Assembly: GCA_942493245.1 (NCBI GenBank) | Contig: OW818685.1 | Span: forward strand, 4,066,040 to 4,130,039 | From: an uncultured Candidatus Sumerlaeota bacterium | Lineage (GTDB): Bacteria > Sumerlaeota > Sumerlaeia > UBA8349 | Length of the DNA stretch: 64,000 nt | Direction of reading: 5' to 3' | Shown: positions 28,244 to 36,181 of the stretch, one piece after another | How the letters are laid out: each line of letters opens with the position of its first letter | How positions within the stretch are numbered: the stretch's first letter is position 1 | Made by a program: the position numbers and the translations under genes | The notes under the pieces: model-generated | What the model was told of the DNA's origin: nothing | Databases searched by the model: none | The model's input: only the letters and a program-made list of their open reading frames with translations

Positions 28244-28993
28244 TCAGGCGGTTGGGGGGTCGGGGGTGATTTCTTCGGCGATGTGGTTGCCGTCTTTTTC
28301 CCAGTGTTTGACGCCGAACTGCTCGTCTGGCTGGAGGATGAGGGGGACGGTGGGGTTGCCGGTGGTGGCGGTGAGGATCTGGTCGATTTTGGCTTTGTTG
28401 GCGGGGGTGAGGCGCGGGAGGGCGGCGACGGTCTGGGTGAGTTTTTCGGCGTTGTTGCGGAAGGGGGCGGCGGTGATGCTGTCGCCTTCGGGGGTCTGGC
28501 AGAGGAATTCGATGGTGAGGGCGCCGTTGTATTTTTTGAGGGTGACGACGAGGACGCGGGCGGTTTTGGTTTCGCGGGGCGCGCCAAAGGACTTGGAGGG
28601 GAATTCGGAGCGGACCTGGGCGTGGGGATCGAGGGACAGGAGGTAGTTTTTGAGGGTGGCGGGGTTGGTGTTGCCGGAGAAGCGGAGTTGCATGAGGGCG
28701 CCGCCGATGACGGCGTCGAGGGAGATGGATTCGAGTTTGGGGGTGGGACTCATGGGCGAGACGCCCATGCCACTTCCGGCGGGGTTCATGGGCGAGACGC
28801 CCATGCCACTGTCCGGGGTGGGGTTGAAATGGGGCGCAGGAGCGAAACTGGCGGGGCTGGTGGCGCGTTCGGGGGAGGGCGCGGGTGTCGGGGCGTTGGC
28901 GGGGGTCTGGGGGTTTGTGGGGGCGGCGTTGGATTGGGCGGAGAAGAGGGCGCCGAGGGTGTTGGGACCGAGTTGGGTGTTAAGGGGGGGCAT
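28244..28993 (-). CDS. Hypothetical phage protein with two in-frame REP copies
   Basis: ATG 28993; Pro-rich N-terminus with SGMGVSPM twice, globular C-terminal half. Confidence 0.7.
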   Translation of the reverse strand: MPPLNTQLGPNTLGALFSAQSNAAPTNPQTPANAPTPAPSPERATSPASFAPAPHFNPTPDSGMGVSPMNPAGSGMGVSPMSPTPKLESISLDAVIGGALMQLRFSGNTNPATLKNYLLSLDPHAQVRSEFPSKSFGAPRETKTARVLVVTLKKYNGALTIEFLCQTPEGDSITAAPFRNNAEKLTQTVAALPRLTPANKAKIDQILTATTGNPTVPLILQPDEQFGVKHWEKDGNHIAEEITPDPPTA

Positions 28994-29095
28994 GGTGTGT
29001 GGGCCTTTCTGGGGGGTTTTTATTTCACGCAAAGGCGCGAAGTCGCAAAGCACCGCGGGGAAACCACGGAAGACACGGAATACACGGAAACTGTG

Positions 29096-29938
29096 TTACG
29101 GGGACGCGAGGGTGATGCAGGCTTTGGATACGTCGGCGAAGTGGGCGAGGTTGTTGCGTCCGAGGCTGAGGGTGAATTTGTCGGCGGGGTTGGCGGCGGC
29201 GAGGTGGATGCTGTCGTCGGTTTCGTCTTCGCCGAGGTAGGTGGCGCGTTCGGCTGCGGCGAGGAGGAGGGTGTAGTCGGGTTCGGTGGCGGCGAGGGTG
29301 CGCAGGGATTCGAGGGCGGCGATCCAGGCGCGGGGGTTTTGGGTGAGTTCAATCTCCCCCTCTGCACTCCCCCTCTTTTCAGGGTTAGGGATATAGGTAG
29401 TTTTACTATTCCCATTCCCATTCCCATTCCCTGCCCGCGCGCGGGAGAGTGAGTTTTTTTGGATTTTTTCGGAATCGTTTTTTTGAGCCTTGCGTTCTCT
29501 ATCGTAAACTCTTTTCTGATAGCGTTTCAGGTACCGGCGGCAGGTGATGCGGAAAATGTGCGGAATGTCGCTGGAAAAATCGGGAATCCCGAGTGAGAAT
29601 TTTGGAAGGTGTAAAATCGTGTCACTGAGGGAGATGAGATTTCCGTTTTCGTCCACGGGGTTCTGGATCTCGAATTTCCCGGTTTTGGGGTCTTGAATTT
29701 CGACGATTCCGGCGGTGTGGATGGCAATCTGGTAGATGGTGTTGAGCATCTCATTTTGTCCGGCTCGGCAGTTGCGGGCGAGGCTGTTTACGGTGCCGGT
29801 GAGGGAGTGGTTCTGGTCTTTGCACATGAGCATGAGCATTTCGTGCCAGCCGCCTTTGGCTTGGAGGTCGAGCGCTCCGACGCATTTGTCGCCGAGCCAG
29901 TCATCTACGGACCATTGTTCGAGGGAGGGTTTTCCCAT
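29096..29938 (-). CDS. Putative replication initiator (YdaU/DUF1376-like N-terminus, DnaA-domain-I-like C-terminus)
   Basis: QWSVDDWLGD..ALDLQAKGGWHEML; RARAGNGNGNGN linker; AWIAALESLR..YLGE..IHLAAAN. Confidence 0.65.
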   Translation of the reverse strand: MGKPSLEQWSVDDWLGDKCVGALDLQAKGGWHEMLMLMCKDQNHSLTGTVNSLARNCRAGQNEMLNTIYQIAIHTAGIVEIQDPKTGKFEIQNPVDENGNLISLSDTILHLPKFSLGIPDFSSDIPHIFRITCRRYLKRYQKRVYDRERKAQKNDSEKIQKNSLSRARAGNGNGNGNSKTTYIPNPEKRGSAEGEIELTQNPRAWIAALESLRTLAATEPDYTLLLAAAERATYLGEDETDDSIHLAAANPADKFTLSLGRNNLAHFADVSKACITLASP

Positions 29939-29940
29939 TT

Positions 29941-30375
29941 TCAGGCTTCTTTCGTTTCAGTATTGAGCAGGGTGCGGATCTGGTCGAGGGTGGGGCCGAT
30001 CTGGGATTGGCCCTGACAGACGATTACCGGGATTCCGTACCGGGCGTAGCGCTGGTATTGCTGGCTGGCTCGTTCGGCTGTCTTGCGGGCGTAGAGGCCG
30101 GTGTGGGCGGTGCGCTGGCGTTTGACTTCGATGAGGGCGACGGGGGTGTCCACGGGGGACAGACCACCGTTTTCATAATGCACAAAGGCGCGGCGGTAGA
30201 TGACGAGGTCGAGCCGGGCGGCGCGCGTGCCCGAGTCGGGAGAGTTGGCGGTGACTTCGGCGTGGACGTGGTAGCCGAGTGAGAGGAGGCTCTGGTAGAG
30301 GGCGCTCTGGATCTCGAATTCGGAGGGGGCGTCGGGGTGGGGGATGGTGGTGTGGCGGTTGAGGGAGGTGATCAT
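29941..30375 (-). CDS. PD-(D/E)XK nuclease-like protein
   Basis: SEFEIQ, RLDLVI, LIEVK, QYQRY. Confidence 0.7.
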   Translation of the reverse strand: MITSLNRHTTIPHPDAPSEFEIQSALYQSLLSLGYHVHAEVTANSPDSGTRAARLDLVIYRRAFVHYENGGLSPVDTPVALIEVKRQRTAHTGLYARKTAERASQQYQRYARYGIPVIVCQGQSQIGPTLDQIRTLLNTETKEA

Positions 30376-30770
30376 TGGGGTGGCTCCTGGGACGTATGGG
30401 ACGTAGGGGACACAGAGGACGCGGTGAGGCGTTGTTTGTGCCGGAGGTTGCGTTGTCGGGCGATGATGAGGTCGGCCTGGTCGTAGGTGAGGTGGGCGAG
30501 GTCGGGGACTTTGTAGGCGGTGAGGACGGCCTGGAGATCGGTGCCGGTGGTGGCGATGAGGAGTTCGATGCGTTCGATCTGGTGCGAGGTGCTGGGGACG
30601 GGCTGGCCTTCGAGTGCGGCTCGGTTGTAGATTTCGACGCGGGTGACGGCGTCGTGGAGGTAGGCGTGCTGGAGTGTCCAGGCGGGTGTGTCGCGATGGG
30701 CGGCGATGAGGTCTTTGGCCTCGATGAGGAGTTCGTTGAGGTGGTAGAGGGCGACGGCTGGGTCGATCAT
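30372..30770 (-). CDS. Hypothetical phage protein
   Basis: Overlaps neighbours by 4 nt at both ends. Confidence 0.65.
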   Translation of the reverse strand: MIDPAVALYHLNELLIEAKDLIAAHRDTPAWTLQHAYLHDAVTRVEIYNRAALEGQPVPSTSHQIERIELLIATTGTDLQAVLTAYKVPDLAHLTYDQADLIIARQRNLRHKQRLTASSVSPTSHTSQEPPQ

Positions 30771-31060
30771 TTTGGGGCGCCTTCGGTGGTTGGTTGTGTC
30801 TCACGCGGAGACGCGGAGGCGCGGGGAACCGATACCGATGGCTCACGCAAAGGCGCGGAGGCGCAAAGGAGGGTGTTGGCTTCTTCGCAGAGGTTGAGGA
30901 GTACGTTTTTGGTCTGGAAGACAATGGTGCGGGGGGTGCCGTTTTTGGGGTCGGCGTCGTGCATGTAGAGGAGCGCGGCGCGGGTGAGGCGGTTGAGGAG
31001 GTCGAGGGTGCGCTGGGTCTTGCGGGCGTCGTGGCAGCGGTAAACGGGTGTGTCAGGCAT
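30767..31060 (-). CDS. Hypothetical phage protein with repeat-derived C-terminus
   Basis: Coupled start/stop; last third encoded by spacer-type repeats 30800-30870. Confidence 0.55.
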   Translation of the reverse strand: MPDTPVYRCHDARKTQRTLDLLNRLTRAALLYMHDADPKNGTPRTIVFQTKNVLLNLCEEANTLLCASAPLREPSVSVPRASASPRETQPTTEGAPK

Positions 31061-31226
31061 GGGGGTTCTCCCTTGTGTACTCTTCCTTCAGGCGTCCGAG
31101 GAGAGCCTCGGCGTTGGTGATCGTGGGGTGTTTCCATCCATCTTTCAGCGCTTGTTGGTGCTCGTGCTTCCACAGAGAGATCAAGCCCTCCGAGCACTGA
31201 ATCAGCAGAAAAACGTCGTCAGTCAT
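31053..31226 (-). CDS. Small hypothetical protein (57 aa), not in ORF track
   Basis: MTDDVFLLIQCSEGLISLWKHEHQQALKDGWKHPTITNAEALLGRLKEEYTRENPHA; 8-nt overlaps with both neighbours. Confidence 0.6.
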   Translation of the reverse strand: MTDDVFLLIQCSEGLISLWKHEHQQALKDGWKHPTITNAEALLGRLKEEYTRENPHA

Positions 31227-31410
31227 GATCGGTCTCCTGGTCGGATTTCGGCTCGTGGTTGTTGCATGGAGAGAACGGGTCGAGGACTATGATGTCTTTC
31301 TGTGCGCAAGGGAAGAAAAGGCCGGAATTTTCCGGTTTGTGTCGGCACAGAAGGCACGAGTTCGGATACTCGCGTTCAATTTCTTGTTTTTCTTCGGGGG
31401 TCAGTGACAT
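31219..31410 (-). CDS. Small Cys-rich protein (63 aa)
   Basis: CLLC...C...C..H pattern; coupled to neighbours. Confidence 0.6.
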   Translation of the reverse strand: MSLTPEEKQEIEREYPNSCLLCRHKPENSGLFFPCAQKDIIVLDPFSPCNNHEPKSDQETDHD

Positions 31411-32102
31411 GGGAAATTCTCCTGTTCGGATTCGCCGTCGGGGTAGTAGGTTTCGGTGTAGTCGAGGGCGAGTTGGAGTTGGGTGTGGCTGGGGGGTCGG
31501 GGGTTGAATGCGGCGTGGAGGAAGCGGCCGATTTTATGGAAAAAAGGAACCAGGAGGGCGCGCAGGGATGAGGCTTTGAGGGCGTAGTAGAGTTGGTGGA
31601 GGAGGGGCGCCTGGCGTCCGGAGGTGAGGGTGGACAGGGGGTGGGTTGGGATGTTGTGAACGGGGATGGAGGCGGAGAAGGGATTACGAATTACGAATTG
31701 ATCTGGTTCGCGCAAAGGCGCAGAGTCGCCAAGGGACGCAAGGGAGTTGAATCCGGCAGAGGTGGCGCAAAGGGGAATTTGGCATGCGTCGGCTGCGGAG
31801 AGATAGGTCAAAAATGGGTGGAAGAGGGCATCGCTGCCGGTTGGGGTTGAGAGCAGTATGGGGGGGACTGGTTCGTGAGAGAGGGCAAACCAGGTAGTCT
31901 GGAGGAGGTCGAGGATTCGGGCGGCTGAGGCGTGGGAGATGTCGTCGCCCTGGCCGTTGATGATGCGGGCGATGGTGGAGTAGGCGAGTTTGGCTTTTTC
32001 GTGGAGATCGTTGTGGGTGAGTCTGAGTTCGTGGAGGCGTCGGGCGATGTTGGCGGCGACGATGGGGGTGATGGTTTTGCCGGTGGTGTGGTAGATGCCC
32101 AT
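31401..32102 (-). CDS. XRE-family HTH protein (early regulator)
   Basis: LTHNDLHEKAKLAYSTIARIING. Confidence 0.7.
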   Translation of the reverse strand: MGIYHTTGKTITPIVAANIARRLHELRLTHNDLHEKAKLAYSTIARIINGQGDDISHASAARILDLLQTTWFALSHEPVPPILLSTPTGSDALFHPFLTYLSAADACQIPLCATSAGFNSLASLGDSAPLREPDQFVIRNPFSASIPVHNIPTHPLSTLTSGRQAPLLHQLYYALKASSLRALLVPFFHKIGRFLHAAFNPRPPSHTQLQLALDYTETYYPDGESEQENFPCH

Positions 32103-32262
32103 GTGGGTGTCCTCCTGGGGGGTTTGGTTTGGGGGGAGGCCGTCAGTCTCCCCCCTGCTGAGTTTTCCGTGGCATGTCCCTATCCAAAACTTAAGGAGCA
32201 TGTGACCCGCGCCGAAGGCTAACGGGCTTGACGGCGGTTTTTGCCTTTGACAAGCGTGTGGG

Positions 32263-32529
32263 TTAGGTGGTGGTGGGGTCGATAGGCGGATCTCCTGGGA
32301 TGGGGGTTTGGGGGTCAACCGATGGGGACTTTTGTCCCTGGCGCTCGGCAATGAGGGTTTCAAGGGCGGTTTGGATCTTAAAGAAAGTCTGGATTCCGGG
32401 ATTCTGAACACGCCCGCTTTCGATTGCGTGGATCGTTGTTTTGGGTACTCCAGATGTGATTGCGATTTTTTCCAACGTTATTTTGGGCTGTACGGAGTTG
32501 CGTTTTAACAGCATTTCAAGAGCGTTCAT
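32263..32529 (-). CDS. Cro-like XRE HTH regulator
   Basis: ITLEKIAITSGVPKTTIHAIESG; divergent from repressor. Confidence 0.8.
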   Translation of the reverse strand: MNALEMLLKRNSVQPKITLEKIAITSGVPKTTIHAIESGRVQNPGIQTFFKIQTALETLIAERQGQKSPSVDPQTPIPGDPPIDPTTT

Positions 32530-32558
32530 GGTGTCCCCTTTCGCGTGCAACGAGGGCT

Positions 32559-32586
32559 ATAGTACGAAATATCGAACCGATGTCAA
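32559..32586 (-). promoter_or_regulatory. Leftward lytic promoter with overlapping operator
   Basis: TTGACA-N16-TACTAT; imperfect palindrome GTACGAAATATCGAAC 32562-32577 in spacer. Confidence 0.55.
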
Positions 32587-32655
32587 GAGGAAAAGTACGA
32601 GATTCGGAAAAAAATAATATTGCGCCGATGCGGGAAGTTTACTATTTTGTACTTT

Positions 32656-33324
32656 ATGAATGAAATCAACGCTCTGTATCACACGCTGATTTTAAAACTG
32701 ATGGAGGACCGAAAGATTCCTCCCAAGGAAGTTTATTTGTCGGCGGATGTAAAGAAGGTCACGTTTTATAACTTCATTAACGGTGAAAACAGCATATCTG
32801 TGGAGCGTTTTGGGCGTATTTGTGCGGCTTTAGGGTTGGATCTTGAGGGTTTTCTGAAAAGTGGCGGAGAGTTGCCTTGTGTGGATGAAAAGGGTTCTGC
32901 TCCTATCCCTTGTTTCGGGAGTGTTGAGGCGGGTCGTACAAATGGATTTGTGGATATAGAGATTACGAAAGACTCTCTGAAGGATGTGCCAAAGGTTTCA
33001 GCCTCGCGGGAACGGCTGAAAAAGGGTCTTCGGGGTGGGTCGTTGCTGGATGTGGTGGCGTTGACTGTCAGGGGGGACAGTATGGAGCCGTTGTTCCAGG
33101 AGGATGACGTAGTGTTTGTGCATCAGAATGAAACCCTGAAGGATTTACGGCATCGGGATATTGTCGTGATGGATTTGGATGGTTTGGGGTCGTACACAAT
33201 AAAGCAGTGGCATAAGGAAGGGTTATTGGTGGCCTTGAATCCGAAGCATGACGCGATTGTGCTGAAGAAGTGTCCGGGGTGGCGTCTGTTTGGGCGTGTG
33301 ATTGGGATGGATAGGGTTTATTGA
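32656..33324 (+). CDS. CI-like repressor, HTH + S24 (LexA-type) peptidase
   Basis: N-terminal HTH, VEAG cleavage site, VRGDSMEP serine, TIKQ lysine. Confidence 0.9.
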   Translation: MNEINALYHTLILKLMEDRKIPPKEVYLSADVKKVTFYNFINGENSISVERFGRICAALGLDLEGFLKSGGELPCVDEKGSAPIPCFGSVEAGRTNGFVDIEITKDSLKDVPKVSASRERLKKGLRGGSLLDVVALTVRGDSMEPLFQEDDVVFVHQNETLKDLRHRDIVVMDLDGLGSYTIKQWHKEGLLVALNPKHDAIVLKKCPGWRLFGRVIGMDRVY

Positions 33325-33353
33325 GTTTCAATCTGAGGAAAAGGGGGTTTATC

Positions 33354-33905
33354 ATGGCTTTGATCGAGTGTCCGGATTGCAAGGAGCAGGTGTCGAGTGA
33401 TGCGCCTTCCTGCCCAAAGTGCGGGAAACCGATGCCGGGAAAGAAAAGTCCGCCAGCGATGTCGTTGGTTGGGAAGATTGGCACAACGATTTTGATGATT
33501 TTTCTTTGTCTGCTGGGGCTTGGGATGTGCAAGGATGCCATCACTCCAGACGCGAAACCGAAAGCCGATGTGGCTTCAGCGGATAAAAAACCGACTCCAA
33601 CGCCTCGCCCGGAAGTGATTCTGAAGCCAAATGTCCGATATATGCTGGGTAATATCACAGTGACGAATGAGAATGATTTTGACTGGACGGACGTGGAGTT
33701 GGAGTTGAATAGCGGGACGTTTTCGAGTGGGTATAAACTCAACGTTCCTGTGATTCCAGCGAGAGGAAGCGCGGCGTATTTGGTTACTCAGTTTTGCAAA
33801 AGCGATGGGCTGAAGTTTAACCCGCAAGCGTTCAAGCCGGTGAAGATGTCGATTGACTGCAAGACGAAAAATGGGGATGGGTTCACTGTGGTGGGCTGGC
33901 AGTGA
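33354..33905 (+). CDS. Zinc-ribbon + TM + periplasmic domain protein (lysogeny accessory)
   Basis: CPDC..VSSDAPSCPKCG, hydrophobic segment ILMIFLCLLGLG. Confidence 0.8.
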   Translation: MALIECPDCKEQVSSDAPSCPKCGKPMPGKKSPPAMSLVGKIGTTILMIFLCLLGLGMCKDAITPDAKPKADVASADKKPTPTPRPEVILKPNVRYMLGNITVTNENDFDWTDVELELNSGTFSSGYKLNVPVIPARGSAAYLVTQFCKSDGLKFNPQAFKPVKMSIDCKTKNGDGFTVVGWQ

Positions 33906-33955
33906 TTTTTTGTTTTCAACGTGGAAGGGGTGGATTCTGATCTGGAGGGGTGGCG

Positions 33956-34777
33956 ATGTCGCGCTTTTTCTCGGTTTTCGTTGTGGTGTTTGTCTTGCTG
34001 TGCCCGGCTGGGTTTGCAGAGGAATTCAAGGGGAAGTGCGTGGGGGTGACGGACGGGGATACGATTTCGGTGATGCGCGAGGGGAAGGCGGAGAAGGTGC
34101 GGTTGTATGGGATCGACTGCCCGGAGGTGGGCCAGCCGTTCGCGACGAAGGCGAAGCAGGCGACTTCGGATTATGTGTTTGGGAAAGAGGTGACGGTTAA
34201 GAGTGCGGGGAAGGATCGGTATGGGCGAACGATTGGGGTGGTGTTGCTGCCGAACGGGTCGGGTTTGAATGTGGCGCTGGTGAATGGTGGTCTGGCGTGG
34301 CATTACAAGGCTTACTCGAAGGAGAAGGCGCTGGCGGATTACGAGGTGAAGGCTCGGGAGGCGAAGCGGGGGGTGTGGTCGCAGGATTCGCCGGTTGCGC
34401 CGTGGGATTTTCGGAAGGATCGGAAGCGGGATCATGATGATTTGAGTGTGGGATCTGGTCTTGTGGCGGAGGCTGAGGCCACGACGGCGTCTGTGCGGGT
34501 TGAGGAGGAGGAAAAAGGGGCTGTCCCGGGGGCGCATGTGGAGGAGTCGGTTGTGAGGGCGGCTCCGGTTCGGGCTGCGGCAGGGGTGCAAAAAAGGGGT
34601 TATGCCGGGCGGCAGGCTGTGCCGATGGCGGGCGGGGATCGGACTGTTTATTTGTCTCAGGAGGGGAATAAATATCATCGTTTTGGGTGTGGGACGTTGA
34701 AAAAGACGCCTATTGCTGTTCCTTTGAGTCAGGCTATTCGGGCGGGAAGAGGGGCTTGTGGCGTTTGTAAGCCGTAG
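33956..34777 (+). CDS. Secreted thermonuclease (SNase) with C-terminal Ada-type metal-binding domain
   Basis: Signal peptide; VTDGDTI, VRLYGIDCPE, DRYGRTIG, GLAWHY; KYHRFGC..ACGVCKP. Confidence 0.9.
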   Translation: MSRFFSVFVVVFVLLCPAGFAEEFKGKCVGVTDGDTISVMREGKAEKVRLYGIDCPEVGQPFATKAKQATSDYVFGKEVTVKSAGKDRYGRTIGVVLLPNGSGLNVALVNGGLAWHYKAYSKEKALADYEVKAREAKRGVWSQDSPVAPWDFRKDRKRDHDDLSVGSGLVAEAEATTASVRVEEEEKGAVPGAHVEESVVRAAPVRAAAGVQKRGYAGRQAVPMAGGDRTVYLSQEGNKYHRFGCGTLKKTPIAVPLSQAIRAGRGACGVCKP

Positions 34778-34803
34778 AGTTTGAGGAAGAGGTGAAGAGG
34801 CAA

Positions 34804-34840
34804 GCCGCTCGGGTTTTGTGTCTGGGCGGTTCTTTTTTTT
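34804..34840 (+). terminator. Intrinsic terminator ending cI-moron transcript
   Basis: GCCGCTCGG/CTGGGCGGT stem then T-run. Confidence 0.7.
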
Positions 34841-34850
34841 GTGCGGGGGG

Positions 34851-34880
34851 TTGACAAAGTAAGCGACTTCGCTTATGAGT
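34851..34880 (+). promoter_or_regulatory. Candidate late promoter with palindromic operator
   Basis: TTGACA 34851-56; TAAGCG-actt-CGCTTA 34860-75; weak -10 TATGAG. Confidence 0.45.
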
Positions 34881-35095
34881 GTACTTGCCCTTGACAAGCA
34901 CGTGACCATTCGGTCGCGCAAACGTGCTTCTCAGGGGCTTTTTCTTTATGGGTTCTCCCATCGTATCTTTATCCACACCATGTGTTTCCTCTACTAAATC
35001 AGAGGTGCCCACCGGCCTGCTGACCATCAGGCTATTGTCCCGCCTTAACCCGAAAAAGCCCCTGGGATCACTGTTTGTGCGTGGGGGTGGCTGAT

Positions 35096-35470
35096 ATGCC
35101 GATGCGGCCCAGACGAGCGTGTGAATATGTGGGCTGTCACTCTCTGGCTGTGGAGGGGCGGCGGCGTTGTGCTGAGCATCATGTGCAGAGCAAGAAGGAG
35201 TACTACCGCGAGGTGGCTGCTGTGCGGGGCACGACGAAGGAGCGTGGATATGCTGGGGCGTGGCCTCATGTGAGGCGGATGAAATTGTCTCTGAATGCGT
35301 GGTGCGAATGGGTGGGCTGTGAGGAGCAGGCTGTTGAAGTACATCACAAAACAAAGATCCGGGGCGGGGGGACGCATGAGATGAGCAATCTGGTTTCGTT
35401 GTGCGTGTGCCATCACCATGAGGTTGAAAATACGGGGGTGTTGATGCTTGATCCGTCCTCTGAGGCATAG
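35096..35470 (+). CDS. Terminase-associated HNH endonuclease
   Basis: RGY...W, WCEWVGC..AVEVHH..GGTHEMSNLVSLCVCHH. Confidence 0.9.
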   Translation: MPMRPRRACEYVGCHSLAVEGRRRCAEHHVQSKKEYYREVAAVRGTTKERGYAGAWPHVRRMKLSLNAWCEWVGCEEQAVEVHHKTKIRGGGTHEMSNLVSLCVCHHHEVENTGVLMLDPSSEA

Positions 35471-35700
35471 AGCGCTGTATGTGGTGTGTTGTGGGCTGGC
35501 CGTGGTGGTGGGCGCAGCCTGACGCGGGGGTAGGGGGGTAATTTTGCTCCCGGAAAACCACTGATGACCCAGCCCGCCTACACTAGAGGGAGAATAGATT
35601 TCCTGGGGTTTCTTGTTTTTGGGGTGTGGTTTGGGTGTGGGGTGGGGTGGGGCCGGGGGTGGGTGGATGGCTGAAAATTATGGGGTTTGAGGAGGGTGGA
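35471..35700. other. Probable packaging (cos) region
   Basis: Non-coding G-rich gap between HNH and terS; position typical of HNH/P27-terS cos phages; exact site not identifiable. Confidence 0.3.
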
Positions 35701-36159
35701 ATGAAGGTTTATCCGGGGAAATCGGGGCCGAAATCTGGGAAAAAGGGGGTGGTTTTGGCGGGGAAAGGGCGTCTTTTGGCTCCGAAATACCTGTCGAAAG
35801 CGGCGAAAGCGGAGTGGAAACGGCAGGAGGGACGGTTTGGGGAGTTGGGTTTGACGGACTGCGACCAGGGGTTACTGGTGGCTTATTGCGAGACGTTCGC
35901 GACGCTGATCGAGAGCACGGAGCGCATCCAGAAAGAGGGGCGCTATGGGGTGGATCGGTTCGGGAAGACATACACGCACCCCTGGGCGGCGGCGGCGCTG
36001 CGGGCATCGTCGGAGTTGCGTCAGTTGGCGGAGCGTTTGGGTTTGACGCCTGGATCGCGGGCAAAATTACCGGCCAAGCCGGAGGCTGCTGAGAAGGGGC
36101 CGGACGCGAAGGCTCGGGCGAAGTTGTTCGGAGGGAAGATCGCTGGGAAAAAAGAGTAG
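35701..36159 (+). CDS. terS: Terminase small subunit, P27 family
   Basis: APKYLSKAAKAEW, AYC, HPW, LGLTPGSRAKL. Confidence 0.9.
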   Translation: MKVYPGKSGPKSGKKGVVLAGKGRLLAPKYLSKAAKAEWKRQEGRFGELGLTDCDQGLLVAYCETFATLIESTERIQKEGRYGVDRFGKTYTHPWAAAALRASSELRQLAERLGLTPGSRAKLPAKPEAAEKGPDAKARAKLFGGKIAGKKE

Positions 36160-36181
36160 TATCCCGACCAAGTCCGAGAAG

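Noticed and set aside
29941-30375. GxxExxY-family assignment linking this nuclease to the tandem repeats
   Set aside because: No GxxExxY motif; only generic PD-(D/E)XK residues
35475-35500. Short NN-GTG periodic stretch near cos region
   Set aside because: Only 3-4 units and no GATTT(T)C handle; compatible with local G/T richness
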